NCBI GenBank assembly: GCA_038062935.1
Contig: JBBTWG010000030.1
Coordinates: 1 to 40,651 of the forward strand
Direction: 5' to 3'
DNA length: 40,651 bases
Source of the DNA: Patescibacteria group bacterium
Lineage (GTDB): Bacteria; Patescibacteriota; Gracilibacteria; UBA1369; UBA12463
The position numbers and the translations under genes were made by a program. Shown piece by piece: positions 23,329-34,234 of the stretch. Each line of letters opens with the position of its first letter. The first letter of the stretch is position 1. The notes beneath the pieces are model-generated. The model saw nothing but the letters and a program-made list of their open reading frames with translations, was not told the origin of the DNA and searched no databases.

Positions 23329-24858
23329 ATGGATCAGACATTTATTCTTCTCCTTTCTGTCGCCGGTTTTCTGGTCGGTGGAGGCATCGGTTTTGCGCTT
23401 CGCAGATCACTTTTGAACAAGCAGGAAAAAGAGATTCTCGAACGAAATGAACGCATAATGGAGGACGCGAAAAATAAATCTCGCGATCTTCTCCAGCAAG
23501 CAAAAAATGAATCTCACCAGCTTCATCAGGAGATGAAGAAGGAAGAAATGGCAAAGCGAGATCAGCTTGATAAATTGGAAGATCGTCTTGTGAAGAAAGA
23601 GGAAAGTATTGATAAGAAGTCCGATCAGCTGGATAAAATGAAGGAGGACCTTGAACAGAAGGTTCATTCTGCAAAAGCGATCAAAGAGGAAGTGGAAAAG
23701 ATGCATGCTTTCCAGGCCGAAAAGCTTCAAAAGATTGCCGCAATGTCGCAAGAAGAGGCTCGTCAGGTTTTGCTGAAGAAAGTTGAGGAAGAGGCAAAAG
23801 ATGACTTGCTCATTCAAATGCGCAAGGCTGAGCAAGAGTTGAAAGCAAATGCCCAAGAGAAGGCTCGTTATATGATTGCTGATGCGATTCAGCGTCTTGC
23901 TGCGGAAGTGACTGCAGAATCTACAACCACGATCGTGAATTTGCCGAGTGATGATTTGAAAGGTCGTATTATCGGTCGCGAAGGTCGTAACATTAATACG
24001 TTTGAACAAATCACAGGAATTGACGTGATTGTCGATGATACGCCGGGCTCGATTATTATTTCGGGTTTCGATATGATTCGTCGCTACATTGCGAAAATTA
24101 CACTGGAGCGCTTGATTACGGATGGTCGTATCCATCCTGCTCGAATCGAAGAAACGTACGACAAAGTTCGCGAAGAAGTAAATGGTTTGATTAAAGAATT
24201 GGGTGAAAAGGCTGTGTATGAAACGGGCGTGACAGGTTTGCATCCAAATTTGATCAAACTTCTCGGTCGTTTGAAATTCCGTATTAGTCATGGACAGAAC
24301 GTTCTCAAGCATTCTATTGAAGTTGCATTCCTCGCTGCTTCTCTCGCTTCTGAGCTCGGTGCGAATATCGAAGTGTGCCGAAAAGGTGGACTTCTTCACG
24401 ATATTGGGAAAGCAGTCGATCATGAAATTCAGGGTCATCATGCAAAAATTGGTGCTGAAATTGGGAGGAAGTTTGGTTTACAGCAAGATGTGATTCATTG
24501 TATTGAATCCCATGAAGGACAGATCGAACCTCAGTCTGTTGAAGCGATGATTATTGAGGCTGCGAACTTGATTTCGAATTTCCGTCCTGGCGCGAATCAG
24601 GAAAATTTAGATACTTTCATTCGTCGTATGCAGGAACTCGAGAATCTCTGTAATTCTTTCGAGGGTGTGAAGAAATCTTTTGCGGTTCAATCAGGAAATC
24701 AGGTGCGTATCTTCGTGAACTCTGATCTTGTGGATGACCTCGGTTCTGCACGTCTCGGTCACAATATTGCTCGCAAGATCGAAAAAGATTTTCAGCATCC
24801 GGCACCGATCAAGGTGAATATGATTCGTGAAGTGAGGAAGGAAGCTGTTGCGGATTGA
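23329..24858 (+). CDS. rny: Ribonuclease Y
   Basis: N-terminal TM segment, coiled coil, KH domain (GRIIGREGRNI) and HD domain (LLHDIGKA). Confidence 0.92.
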   Translation: MDQTFILLLSVAGFLVGGGIGFALRRSLLNKQEKEILERNERIMEDAKNKSRDLLQQAKNESHQLHQEMKKEEMAKRDQLDKLEDRLVKKEESIDKKSDQLDKMKEDLEQKVHSAKAIKEEVEKMHAFQAEKLQKIAAMSQEEARQVLLKKVEEEAKDDLLIQMRKAEQELKANAQEKARYMIADAIQRLAAEVTAESTTTIVNLPSDDLKGRIIGREGRNINTFEQITGIDVIVDDTPGSIIISGFDMIRRYIAKITLERLITDGRIHPARIEETYDKVREEVNGLIKELGEKAVYETGVTGLHPNLIKLLGRLKFRISHGQNVLKHSIEVAFLAASLASELGANIEVCRKGGLLHDIGKAVDHEIQGHHAKIGAEIGRKFGLQQDVIHCIESHEGQIEPQSVEAMIIEAANLISNFRPGANQENLDTFIRRMQELENLCNSFEGVKKSFAVQSGNQVRIFVNSDLVDDLGSARLGHNIARKIEKDFQHPAPIKVNMIREVRKEAVAD

Positions 24859-24890
24859 TACGGTCAGAGTTTTTCATTTTTTGAAATACA

Positions 24891-25320
24891 ATGTCTCTTA
24901 TACCTGCCACTTTTTCTTCAGATTCACATCTTCTTCATTCTCTTTCTGTCCCTAATCGACAGGATGAGGCTCCTTTTTTTCATTTGCAGGCTCTTTTTTT
25001 GCAGTCTCTTTCGAATACTTTTGCTTCTACTGCTCGAGCTTTTTCTCCAAATGAGGCTTTTTCTCTTTTTGTTGTTGAATATTTTCTTAGTGACGATTTT
25101 CGATGCTGGTTTGATGATCTTTGTGGGAAAGGGTGTTCCCCCCCAGAGCATTTTTGCTCGTTTTGCTACTGATCCACAAAGTATTTTTAACGCTATTGCT
25201 TCTCTTCATGCGAAATCTGCTGAGGAATTTTGGGTTGAGATATGCACTGCGTTTTTGGCTTTTCGATTGAAAATTGATAACACTCGTTCTTCAGTCGAGG
25301 AAGTTTATTCTTCTCCTTGA
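24891..25320 (+). pseudogene. Possible small ORF split by a +1 frameshift at a C7 tract
   Basis: ORF 24891..25172 and the downstream part of ORF 24964..25320 would fuse if the C7 run (~25135-25141) were C6. Both halves have only weak coding character. Confidence 0.2.
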
Positions 25321-25340
25321 TCCCTGTTCCCAAAATGCTC

Positions 25341-25369
25341 TTGCAAAATTTACTTAGCACTCTTAATAT
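25341..25369 (+). promoter_or_regulatory. groESL promoter (TTGCAA-17-TAATAT) overlapping CIRCE
   Basis: TTGCAA at 25341-25346, TAATAT at 25364-25369. Confidence 0.55.
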
Positions 25370-25380
25370 TTGAGCGCTAA
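25354..25380 (+). promoter_or_regulatory. CIRCE operator (HrcA binding site)
   Basis: TTAGCACTC-N9-GAGCGCTAA, one mismatch from the consensus TTAGCACTC-N9-GAGTGCTAA. Confidence 0.85.
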
Positions 25381-25426
25381 GTTTTTGTTCCCTCTGGGAA
25401 TTTCATATTTTTTAATTTTACCCACC

Positions 25427-27392
<1,966 letters not shown>

Positions 27393-27398
27393 AATCAA

Positions 27399-27420
27399 CC
27401 TGTGACTTTTGACTTGTGAC
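27399..27420. repeat. GTGAC-rich intergenic repeat, copy b
   Basis: CCTGTGACTTTTGACTTGTGAC follows the groEL stop. It is 19/20 identical to the core of copy a. Confidence 0.6.
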
Positions 27421-27424
27421 TCTC

Positions 27425-27455
27425 AAGGCCTGGGGCAACCCCAGGCCTTTTCCTT
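27425..27455 (+). terminator. Rho-independent terminator after groEL
   Basis: AAGGCCTGGGG-CAA-CCCCAGGCCTT followed by TTCCTT. Confidence 0.7.
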
Positions 27456-27490
27456 GATTTAATGCAATTTTATGTTATATTGACTTCAAT

Positions 27491-28012
27491 ATGCGTCTCG
27501 CCGAGTTGCTTCAAACTGTTCATATTGAAGATCCACATTTTGGTTCCTACCTCAGGCCTCCTACTTCAAAATTACCACCTTTGAAGGTTGATCAGTTATC
27601 TTTGGAAACTTTGATCGGAGATCAAAGAAAAGCTTTGGCAATTCCTACTGAGGGGACTGCTTCTCTGCATATTGGTTACAAGCGTAAAAATGGCGTTGTT
27701 TCTAGTGTTGATGAATCAGAAGATGGTGAACTTTGGAAGATTTGTCAGTTACAAGGTGCTCGAGGTGGTGCCGGTTATAGAATCGCTTCTGGTCTGGATT
27801 GGGCGCGTTTTTTGGCTCATCGAATTCGAAATTATGCTTTGCATTCTGATGCAAATGTTCGGCATTTGGCTATGCCTCGAACTCATCTAGTGACCAATAT
27901 AGATTATTCACGTGGCGAGAATTTTGAATCTACTTATGCAAGTGTGAGGAGAGAATTAGGTCTCATTTTTTCTCAGGAGCACAACTTGTTCATTTGTGAT
28001 GTGAAGCGTTAG
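27491..28012 (+). CDS. Hypothetical protein
   Basis: The 173-aa ORF has its own upstream TTGATT/TATATT promoter-like pair. No motif was recognised. Confidence 0.5.
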   Translation: MRLAELLQTVHIEDPHFGSYLRPPTSKLPPLKVDQLSLETLIGDQRKALAIPTEGTASLHIGYKRKNGVVSSVDESEDGELWKICQLQGARGGAGYRIASGLDWARFLAHRIRNYALHSDANVRHLAMPRTHLVTNIDYSRGENFESTYASVRRELGLIFSQEHNLFICDVKR

Positions 28013-28031
28013 ACGCTACAATGCAGCCAAT

Positions 28032-29543
28032 ATGAAACGTATCATTCCTGCCACGATGTCGACGCAGCACCCTGATAATGCCAGTGCTGCTTTTTGGTGC
28101 AATAAGAGTTTTATTAATACTGCTGATGAGATCGAAGAGGCTTATATTGCTTTTTCTGATTTGGGATGTGAAGAATATATGTGGGATTGGGAGGGGAAAT
28201 TTGTCGATGAAGCAGTGATTGATAAACTTTTTCGGAAATATACACAGTATTTTCAGAAGAATCCCTTGGGGCAGAAAAAATTTTTGACGTATCGTATCCC
28301 GAATATTTGGGAAGAGCATGGATATCGTCTGGCGCGAGCTTTCATGAACATCGTGACGTCTGCGGATTTGGCGAAAGAGGCTGGATTTCATACGCCGCCG
28401 ATTATGGAAGTGATCTTGCCGATGACGAAAAATGCGGATCAAATTTTCGAGACAGATAGTCTCTTTCGTAAAGTTGCGAAGTTGAAGTGTGAGATTTTTG
28501 ATAGCAAAAAACAGTGTGATTTTTCGCATATAGATGTGATTCCTCTTGTGGAGCAAGTGGCTGATTTGACGTCGGTGAATGTCCTTCTCGAAGAATATTT
28601 GAAGAAATATAAGAAAGCCTACAAAAAATATCCGACGTTGATGCGACCTTTTATTGCGAGATCAGATCCGGCGTTGAATGCGGGTATTGTGCCTTCGGTT
28701 TTGGCTTCCAAGGTTGCTATTTCACATTTCTATAATGTGCAGGAAAAATACGGTGTGCCGATGTATCCGATTATTGGGACAGGCTCCCTGCCTTTCCGTG
28801 GCGGCGTGAATCCGGAAAATATCGAAGAAGTGATTCAGGAATATCGTGGTATTCGCACGGTGACGGTGCAATCAGCGTTTAAATATGATTATCCTGAGGT
28901 TCAGGTTCGTGCTGCGCTCAAGTATATTCAGGATACGCTTCCGAAGATGAAGCCCGATTTTCTTTCTCCAAAAGAAGTAGCGGAGATTGTCAAAGTGAAT
29001 GCTTTTTTTGCGGAAATGTATCAGAAGACGGTGGAACCGCTTGCGCCTTTTATCAATAAAGTTGCGGCTTCCATCCCTCCGCGACGTGAGAGAATGCAAC
29101 ATATTGGTCTTTTCGGATATTCCCGTGGAATCGGAAAAGTGAGTTTGCCACGGGCGATTACTTTTACGGGATCGTTTTATTCCCTGGGTGTTCCGCCGGA
29201 ATTTATTGGCACTGGCCGCGCTCTGCGTCGTGCAAAAAAAGAAGGGTATTTGCCTCTCATCGAGCGTTTGTACATCAATCTTCGACGAGATTTGACGCAT
29301 GCTGGAAAATATCTGAATCGTGAAAATCTCGAATTTTTAGCCAAAAAACATCCGTCATTCAAAGAGATTGCGGAAGATGTCCGTGCTGTTGAAGAAGTTT
29401 TGGGAATTGCACTTGGTCCGATTCGCGACGCTCATTTCCTGCACCGAAATTTGGTTTCGAATATTTATCACAAAATGGAAATCGGTATGGACGCTGCTGA
29501 AGATGTCGTGCAGGCCGGGATTATCAGAAAAAGCTTGGGGTAA
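28032..29543 (+). CDS. ppcA: Archaeal-type phosphoenolpyruvate carboxylase (PEPcase_2)
   Basis: IPATMSTQHPDN N-terminal hallmark and ~500 aa length, versus ~900 aa for the bacterial type. Confidence 0.85.
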   Translation: MKRIIPATMSTQHPDNASAAFWCNKSFINTADEIEEAYIAFSDLGCEEYMWDWEGKFVDEAVIDKLFRKYTQYFQKNPLGQKKFLTYRIPNIWEEHGYRLARAFMNIVTSADLAKEAGFHTPPIMEVILPMTKNADQIFETDSLFRKVAKLKCEIFDSKKQCDFSHIDVIPLVEQVADLTSVNVLLEEYLKKYKKAYKKYPTLMRPFIARSDPALNAGIVPSVLASKVAISHFYNVQEKYGVPMYPIIGTGSLPFRGGVNPENIEEVIQEYRGIRTVTVQSAFKYDYPEVQVRAALKYIQDTLPKMKPDFLSPKEVAEIVKVNAFFAEMYQKTVEPLAPFINKVAASIPPRRERMQHIGLFGYSRGIGKVSLPRAITFTGSFYSLGVPPEFIGTGRALRRAKKEGYLPLIERLYINLRRDLTHAGKYLNRENLEFLAKKHPSFKEIAEDVRAVEEVLGIALGPIRDAHFLHRNLVSNIYHKMEIGMDAAEDVVQAGIIRKSLG

Positions 29544-29572
29544 CTTGTGACATTTGACGTGTGGCACGTGAC
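29543..29572. repeat. GTGAC-rich intergenic repeat, copy c
   Basis: ACTTGTGACATTTGACGTGTGGCACGTGAC matches copy a at 24 of 30 positions, including 15 of the first 16. Confidence 0.6.
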
Positions 29573-29578
29573 TTTTCT

Positions 29579-29609
29579 AAATCCTACATCCTAAATCCTA
29601 AATCCTCCC
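29579..29609 (+). repeat. AnATCCT heptamer array, copy 2 (ppcA|aminotransferase junction)
   Basis: AAATCCT-ACATCCT-AAATCCT-AAATCCT-CCC then ATG at 29610. Confidence 0.85.
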
Positions 29610-30932
29610 ATGCGCACCTCTGTCTTCAATCCTCAGACTTCGCTTCTCCGCTACAGTATCCGTGAAATTGTCGATGTTGCGCAAAAACTTAAAGAGCTTG
29701 ATCCAAGTTTTCAATTTGTTGGAGAAAATATCGGGGATCCTATTGCGAAAGGTTGGCCGGTTCCGGCTTTTTTGAAAGATATCTTGGTGGAAGAAGTGAA
29801 GAAGCCTGGCGACATGGTTTTCGGATATACGCACTCGCGTGGACGGATTGAGACGCGCAAATGGGTGGTGGAGTATGCGAAGCAATTTTCTCCGTCGTCG
29901 ACGCTGGATTATGAATTTGTGCTTTTCACGAGTGGTCTCGGTGCGGCGATCGCCGCGTTGTATCACATGCTTCCGAAAGGTTCGCGAATTTTGCAGCCGA
30001 CGCCTTCCTATCCGACGCATACTTCCATGGAATCTTTTGCGTCTGGAGCAGAGCCGATTGGATACAACCTCGATCCTGAGAACGGTTGGCAGCCAGATTT
30101 GGTTCACATGGAAGTGCAAATTAAAGCTCATCCGGAAGTTTCTGGAATTCTTGTCATCAATCCGAACAATCCGACGGGTGCGGTGTACAGCAAAGAAACG
30201 CTTGAAGCGATTGTGAATCTTGCAGAAAAATATCAGTTGATGATTTTGTCTGATGAAGTCTATTTCCGTATGACGTACAATGGATATCAGTTTCATCAGA
30301 TTACGGACATTGCCCAGAACCGTGTGCCGCTCATCGTGATGCGTGGTCTTTCGAAAGACATCCCGTGGCCGGGTGGTCGTTGTGGCTGGGCGGAATTTCA
30401 CAATGTGCATCTGGACAAAGATTTTGCGAATTATGTTGAATCGGTGAAAAAACGCGTGCTTATGGAGGTCTGCTCGGGGACGCTTCCGCAGACGATTTTG
30501 CCAAAAGTGTATGAGCATCCGGATTTCCCGGCATGGAATGAAGAATATAATCGTGAGCTCGAGAAAAATGGAAATTTCATCGCGGAGATTCTTGGCACCG
30601 TGAAAGGCATGAAAGTGAATCGTACGAATGGTGCTTTCTATATGATGCCGCTTTTTGAGAAGGGGATTTTGAATGATCGACAAACATTACCAATTGCCAG
30701 TGAATCGGCTCGGAAGTTCATTGAAGAACAGGTGAATGCGCCTGGTTTTCCTTTGGATAAGCGTTTCACGTATTATTTGCTCGCATCGACGGGGATTTGT
30801 GTGGTGCCCGCAAGCGGTTTTTATAGTCCGCATCATGGTTTTCGACTCACAACTTTGGATCGTGATGATGTGCGCAAGAAAGATACGTATTCGAGATTGG
30901 CGAAGGCGATCGATATGTATGTACAAAGCTGA
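29610..30932 (+). CDS. Class I/II PLP-dependent aminotransferase (alanine-aminotransferase-like)
   Basis: INPNNPTGAVYS, LSDEVY and GLSKDIPWPGGRCGW (PLP Lys) are present. Confidence 0.85.
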   Translation: MRTSVFNPQTSLLRYSIREIVDVAQKLKELDPSFQFVGENIGDPIAKGWPVPAFLKDILVEEVKKPGDMVFGYTHSRGRIETRKWVVEYAKQFSPSSTLDYEFVLFTSGLGAAIAALYHMLPKGSRILQPTPSYPTHTSMESFASGAEPIGYNLDPENGWQPDLVHMEVQIKAHPEVSGILVINPNNPTGAVYSKETLEAIVNLAEKYQLMILSDEVYFRMTYNGYQFHQITDIAQNRVPLIVMRGLSKDIPWPGGRCGWAEFHNVHLDKDFANYVESVKKRVLMEVCSGTLPQTILPKVYEHPDFPAWNEEYNRELEKNGNFIAEILGTVKGMKVNRTNGAFYMMPLFEKGILNDRQTLPIASESARKFIEEQVNAPGFPLDKRFTYYLLASTGICVVPASGFYSPHHGFRLTTLDRDDVRKKDTYSRLAKAIDMYVQS

Positions 30933-30944
30933 AAAAGTAAATAT

Positions 30945-30973
30945 TTGACATAGTTATATTTTTATATTATGAT
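30945..30973 (+). promoter_or_regulatory. Sigma70-like promoter (TTGACA-17-TATGAT)
   Basis: TTGACA at 30945-30950, TATGAT at 30968-30973, ATG at 30997. Confidence 0.5.
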
Positions 30974-30996
30974 GTCATCCTTTACTATTTTGCTGT

Positions 30997-31974
30997 ATGT
31001 CACTGGATCATCGTTCTAGCTCATTTGATGCATTTGCTGATTTGAAACCCCACCACGTTGCGGATAGCAGCGACGATTCTGTCGCCTTGTATCTTATTCC
31101 TGATGGAAAAGAGCCCACAGGAAAGAGATGTTTTTTTCGTCATCTTGATGGTCCGATGGTGAAATCTTTCGATAAAGTTCCTTATTTCGATAAATCTTTT
31201 CAGGTTTTTGTGCTTCATTTTATTGATGGGACATGTCAGAAATATTTTATTAATCTGCGTGCTCGACCTGTTCAATTTCTTGCTGAAAGTGACTTTCGTG
31301 CTCTTCATGAAGATCAATCTTCCGTAGCTCAAGATTCTGAATCTGGACCAGGATATCTTTCTGCTACCCTTGCTTCTCTTCAGAGTATCCATACTTCTTT
31401 CAATAATATTCTTCGAGATTCCCGTGGTGGTCTTGTTTATTTTCTTGTTGCGGCCGGCTTAATTGCTGCTGGAGCTCACCATCTCCTCTCTTCTTCGGAA
31501 GATTCCGATGTTTCCCGTGTTCCTCATTCGAGAAAATATCATCCACCTCAACCACTTCCACTTGCTGACGATTTTGCTTTTGACTCCAAGGAGGATCCTG
31601 AAAAAATGCTTCTTTTGCAGCTTTTTCATTCTCTCCAATTTGATCCTTTGAAAGGGATGCCTACATCCGCGTCCCTGGAAGGAATGCTCTCAACTCTTTC
31701 TTCTCTTCAGGATTCCGCATTGCCTCCACTTCGACTTGTTCTGGGCCCCAAGGGTGATAGTGTTGCTTCTCAATCTGTCTTTATTCTTCGTGGTTCGGAT
31801 CCTGTTATTTCTTTTTCTTCTCCCGGAACTGGATATTGCAAAATGACTTCTTCATTTTTTGGTGGCGATGTAGAAGTTCTTCATTATCGAGTCCTTTCCG
31901 ATGGTTCTGGTTTTTTGATGGACTCTTCTTCTTCGAAAGATGATCTTCATGATCCTGACAGTAGGATTTATTGA
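30997..31974 (+). CDS. Ser-rich hypothetical protein with one central TM segment
   Basis: The 325-aa ORF has a TM segment GGLVYFLVAAGLIAAGAHHLL and no recognisable domain. Confidence 0.5.
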   Translation: MSLDHRSSSFDAFADLKPHHVADSSDDSVALYLIPDGKEPTGKRCFFRHLDGPMVKSFDKVPYFDKSFQVFVLHFIDGTCQKYFINLRARPVQFLAESDFRALHEDQSSVAQDSESGPGYLSATLASLQSIHTSFNNILRDSRGGLVYFLVAAGLIAAGAHHLLSSSEDSDVSRVPHSRKYHPPQPLPLADDFAFDSKEDPEKMLLLQLFHSLQFDPLKGMPTSASLEGMLSTLSSLQDSALPPLRLVLGPKGDSVASQSVFILRGSDPVISFSSPGTGYCKMTSSFFGGDVEVLHYRVLSDGSGFLMDSSSSKDDLHDPDSRIY

Positions 31975-31979
31975 GGAGC

Positions 31980-32429
31980 TTACTTCAACATTTCCTGCAC
32001 AATTTTGTTTACCAATGTGCCGTCTGCTTTGCCTTTTACGTGCGGCATGAGAACTCCCATGACTTTGCCAAGTTCGGTTTTTGAGGTGGCGCCGGTTTGT
32101 GCGAGAACTTTCGTGACGGTTGCTCGGATTTCTTCTTCACTCATTTGTTGTGGGAGATATTTTTCGATGATTTTGATTTCTGCTGCTTCTTTTGCGGCGA
32201 GTTCTGGACGATTTCCTGCGGTGAATTGTTCGAAAGAGTCTTTTCGAGATTTGATTTCTTTGCCAACGATTTGGATGACTTCTTCTTCGGTAGCGTCCTT
32301 TTTCTCTTTTCCGGAGACTTCGAATTTCATGACGGCGGCTTTCAACATGCGGAGCGTGTCCGTGACTTCCTGATTTCTGGCTTTCATGGCTTCCATGAGG
32401 TCTTTTTGGATCTGTTCTTTGGTATTCAT
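31980..32429 (-). CDS. yqeY: GatB/YqeY domain protein
   Basis: The 149-aa ORF has DLMEAMKARNQ...LRMLKAAV...LAAKEAAEIKIIEKYLP. Confidence 0.85.
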   Translation of the reverse strand: MNTKEQIQKDLMEAMKARNQEVTDTLRMLKAAVMKFEVSGKEKKDATEEEVIQIVGKEIKSRKDSFEQFTAGNRPELAAKEAAEIKIIEKYLPQQMSEEEIRATVTKVLAQTGATSKTELGKVMGVLMPHVKGKADGTLVNKIVQEMLK

Positions 32430-32505
32430 GGTTCATAACGTATCAGATTTTTTTCTGTGCCGCAAAATTTTCTTTTTTTTCGTGTCTTGTGATATATTTT
32501 TCTGG

Positions 32506-32889
32506 ATGAAAGAAATTCGCATTGTTGACCGGCCGAAGGGAAAATCGAACGATATGCGGGACGTGGCTCCAGATCATTCTTTTGAAGTACGTCCGTTGGA
32601 TTCGTCGGAGGAGGGGAGTTCTGCTCCTGTTTCTGCTGAAGATCGACCTCCAACCGAAAAAGTGAAAGTGCGTTTCGATAAATTTGTACAGCTTGTAGCG
32701 ACTCATAATTTCGATGAAGTGCTGGAGCAAAATGCAGGTGAAGAGATCGTTTTGAGTTCGAATCTGCTTATGGATTTGGCGAATGCGCATGAAGATAAAT
32801 CTGATCCGAGTCGCAAGACCCAAATGATCTTCATTGTGGGCATGGTGCTTGGAATTGGTGCCGCATATCTTATTTTTAAGTTTCTTTAA
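32506..32889 (+). CDS. Tail-anchored hypothetical membrane protein
   Basis: ATG at 32506 (MKEIRIVDRP...), C-terminal TM segment MIFIVGMVLGIGAAYLIF. It stops 2 nt before the pyrH ATG. Confidence 0.45.
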   Translation: MKEIRIVDRPKGKSNDMRDVAPDHSFEVRPLDSSEEGSSAPVSAEDRPPTEKVKVRFDKFVQLVATHNFDEVLEQNAGEEIVLSSNLLMDLANAHEDKSDPSRKTQMIFIVGMVLGIGAAYLIFKFL

Positions 32890-32891
32890 AA

Positions 32892-33605
32892 ATGGCTTCT
32901 CGTTCACTCTATCGCAGAGTAGTTCTGAAACTTTCTGGAGAAATTTTGCAGGGAGATCAAGAATCGGGTATTTCTCCGACGGCTCTTCGTGGTTTCTGTG
33001 GTGAAATTGCTGAGCTCGCCAAGTCGACACAGTTTGTGATCGTCGTAGGCGGTGGAAACTTTTGGAGGTTTCGGGATCATGAAGATGTCGCTCTTGACCG
33101 TACTGTTTCTGACAACATGGGAATGCTCGCGACGGTGATGAATGCGACGGCTCTCGAGAGTACTTTTGCTTCTCTCGGAGTTCCTGCTGTTTGTTTTTCT
33201 GCGATTTCTATGCCGAAGGTTCTCGATGATTATACGGCTCGTGCTGCGATCTCTGCACTGGAAGATGGAAAAATCGTCATCAGTGCTGGAGGAACGGGGA
33301 ATCCTTTTTTCTCGACGGATTCTGCCGCGGCACTGCGGGGTTTGGAATTGCATGCAAATGTTGTTTTGAAGGCGACGAATGTGGATGGAGTTTATGATTC
33401 CGACCCTCATAAAAATAAGAATGCCAAACGTTTCCCAAAAGTATCTTTCAAGGAAGTTCTCGAAAAACAACTTCACGTCATGGATCTCACAGCGATTTCG
33501 CTCTGCCAAGAAGGAAAACTTCCGATTTATGTCTTCGATATGCAAAAAAAAGGTAATTTGAAAAAAGTTCTATCAGGAGAAAACCTCGGAACTCTCATCT
33601 CCTAA
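32892..33605 (+). CDS. pyrH: UMP kinase
   Basis: RVVLKLSGE, VVGGGNFWRF and AGGTGNPFFSTDSAAALR are present. Confidence 0.92.
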   Translation: MASRSLYRRVVLKLSGEILQGDQESGISPTALRGFCGEIAELAKSTQFVIVVGGGNFWRFRDHEDVALDRTVSDNMGMLATVMNATALESTFASLGVPAVCFSAISMPKVLDDYTARAAISALEDGKIVISAGGTGNPFFSTDSAAALRGLELHANVVLKATNVDGVYDSDPHKNKNAKRFPKVSFKEVLEKQLHVMDLTAISLCQEGKLPIYVFDMQKKGNLKKVLSGENLGTLIS

Positions 33606-33637
33606 ATCCTTAATCCTACATCCTAAATCCTAGTTCT
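33604..33637 (+). repeat. AnATCCT heptamer array, copy 3 (pyrH|frr junction)
   Basis: AAATCCT-TAATCCT-ACATCCT-AAATCCT-AGTTCT then ATG at 33638. It overlaps the pyrH stop TAA (33603-33605). Confidence 0.85.
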
Positions 33638-34192
33638 ATGTCCGATATTCTTCCCCAGGCTGAAAAAGGTTTCGAAAAAGCACTCGAACATCTCCGCTCC
33701 GAATTTGCTCGTCTGCAGATTGGTCGTGCAAGTGCGGCGCTTGTGGAGGGGATTAATGTTGAAGCGTATGGCAGTTCTCAGCCTTTGAAAGCGCTTGCGA
33801 GCGTTTCTGTCCCTGATTCTCGCACGCTTCAGATTCAGTGTTGGGACAAATCGGTGATGAAAGATGTCGAGAAGGCGATTCAAATTTCTGGATTGGGAAT
33901 TAATCCTGTGAATGACGGAATTTATATTCGTTTGAATTTTCCTCAGCTCACCGAGGAGCGACGAAAAGAGCTTGCCAAAGTCGTATATCGCTATAGTGAG
34001 GAAGCGAAAATTGCGGTGCGTAATGAACGGCAACAGGCGATGGGAAAATTTGACGGTTTGAAAAAAAGCAAAGAAATGGCAGAAGATGAATATCATGGAT
34101 GGGTGAAGCTCTTGCAAGACAGAGTTGATCAATTCAATAAACTTATCGATGAAGCGGCGCGTAAAAAAGAGGCTGATGTTCTCACGATTTAG
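33638..34192 (+). CDS. frr: Ribosome recycling factor
   Basis: The 184-aa ORF has LRSEFARLQIGRAS, NPVNDG and LTEERRKEL. Confidence 0.92.
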   Translation: MSDILPQAEKGFEKALEHLRSEFARLQIGRASAALVEGINVEAYGSSQPLKALASVSVPDSRTLQIQCWDKSVMKDVEKAIQISGLGINPVNDGIYIRLNFPQLTEERRKELAKVVYRYSEEAKIAVRNERQQAMGKFDGLKKSKEMAEDEYHGWVKLLQDRVDQFNKLIDEAARKKEADVLTI

Positions 34193-34214
34193 TCCTCCGG
34201 GAATTTTTACTTTC

Positions 34215-34232
34215 TCACTCACCTCACTCACC
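34215..34232 (+). repeat. Tandem TCACTCACC x2 ending 2 nt upstream of the rseP ATG
   Basis: TCACTCACC at 34215-34223 and 34224-34232. The last 31 nt before the ATG at 34235 contain no G. Confidence 0.6.
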
Positions 34233-34234
34233 TC

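Noticed and set aside
23407-24441. Long antisense ORFs opposite rny (23407..24441), groEL (25818..26825), the aminotransferase (29598..30683), the methylase (6740..7504), the Cys-rich gene (15127..15954), dnaA (37141..37821) and others
   Set aside because: Each overlaps a gene with strong recognisable motifs on the other strand and has an implausible composition. They were treated as shadows.
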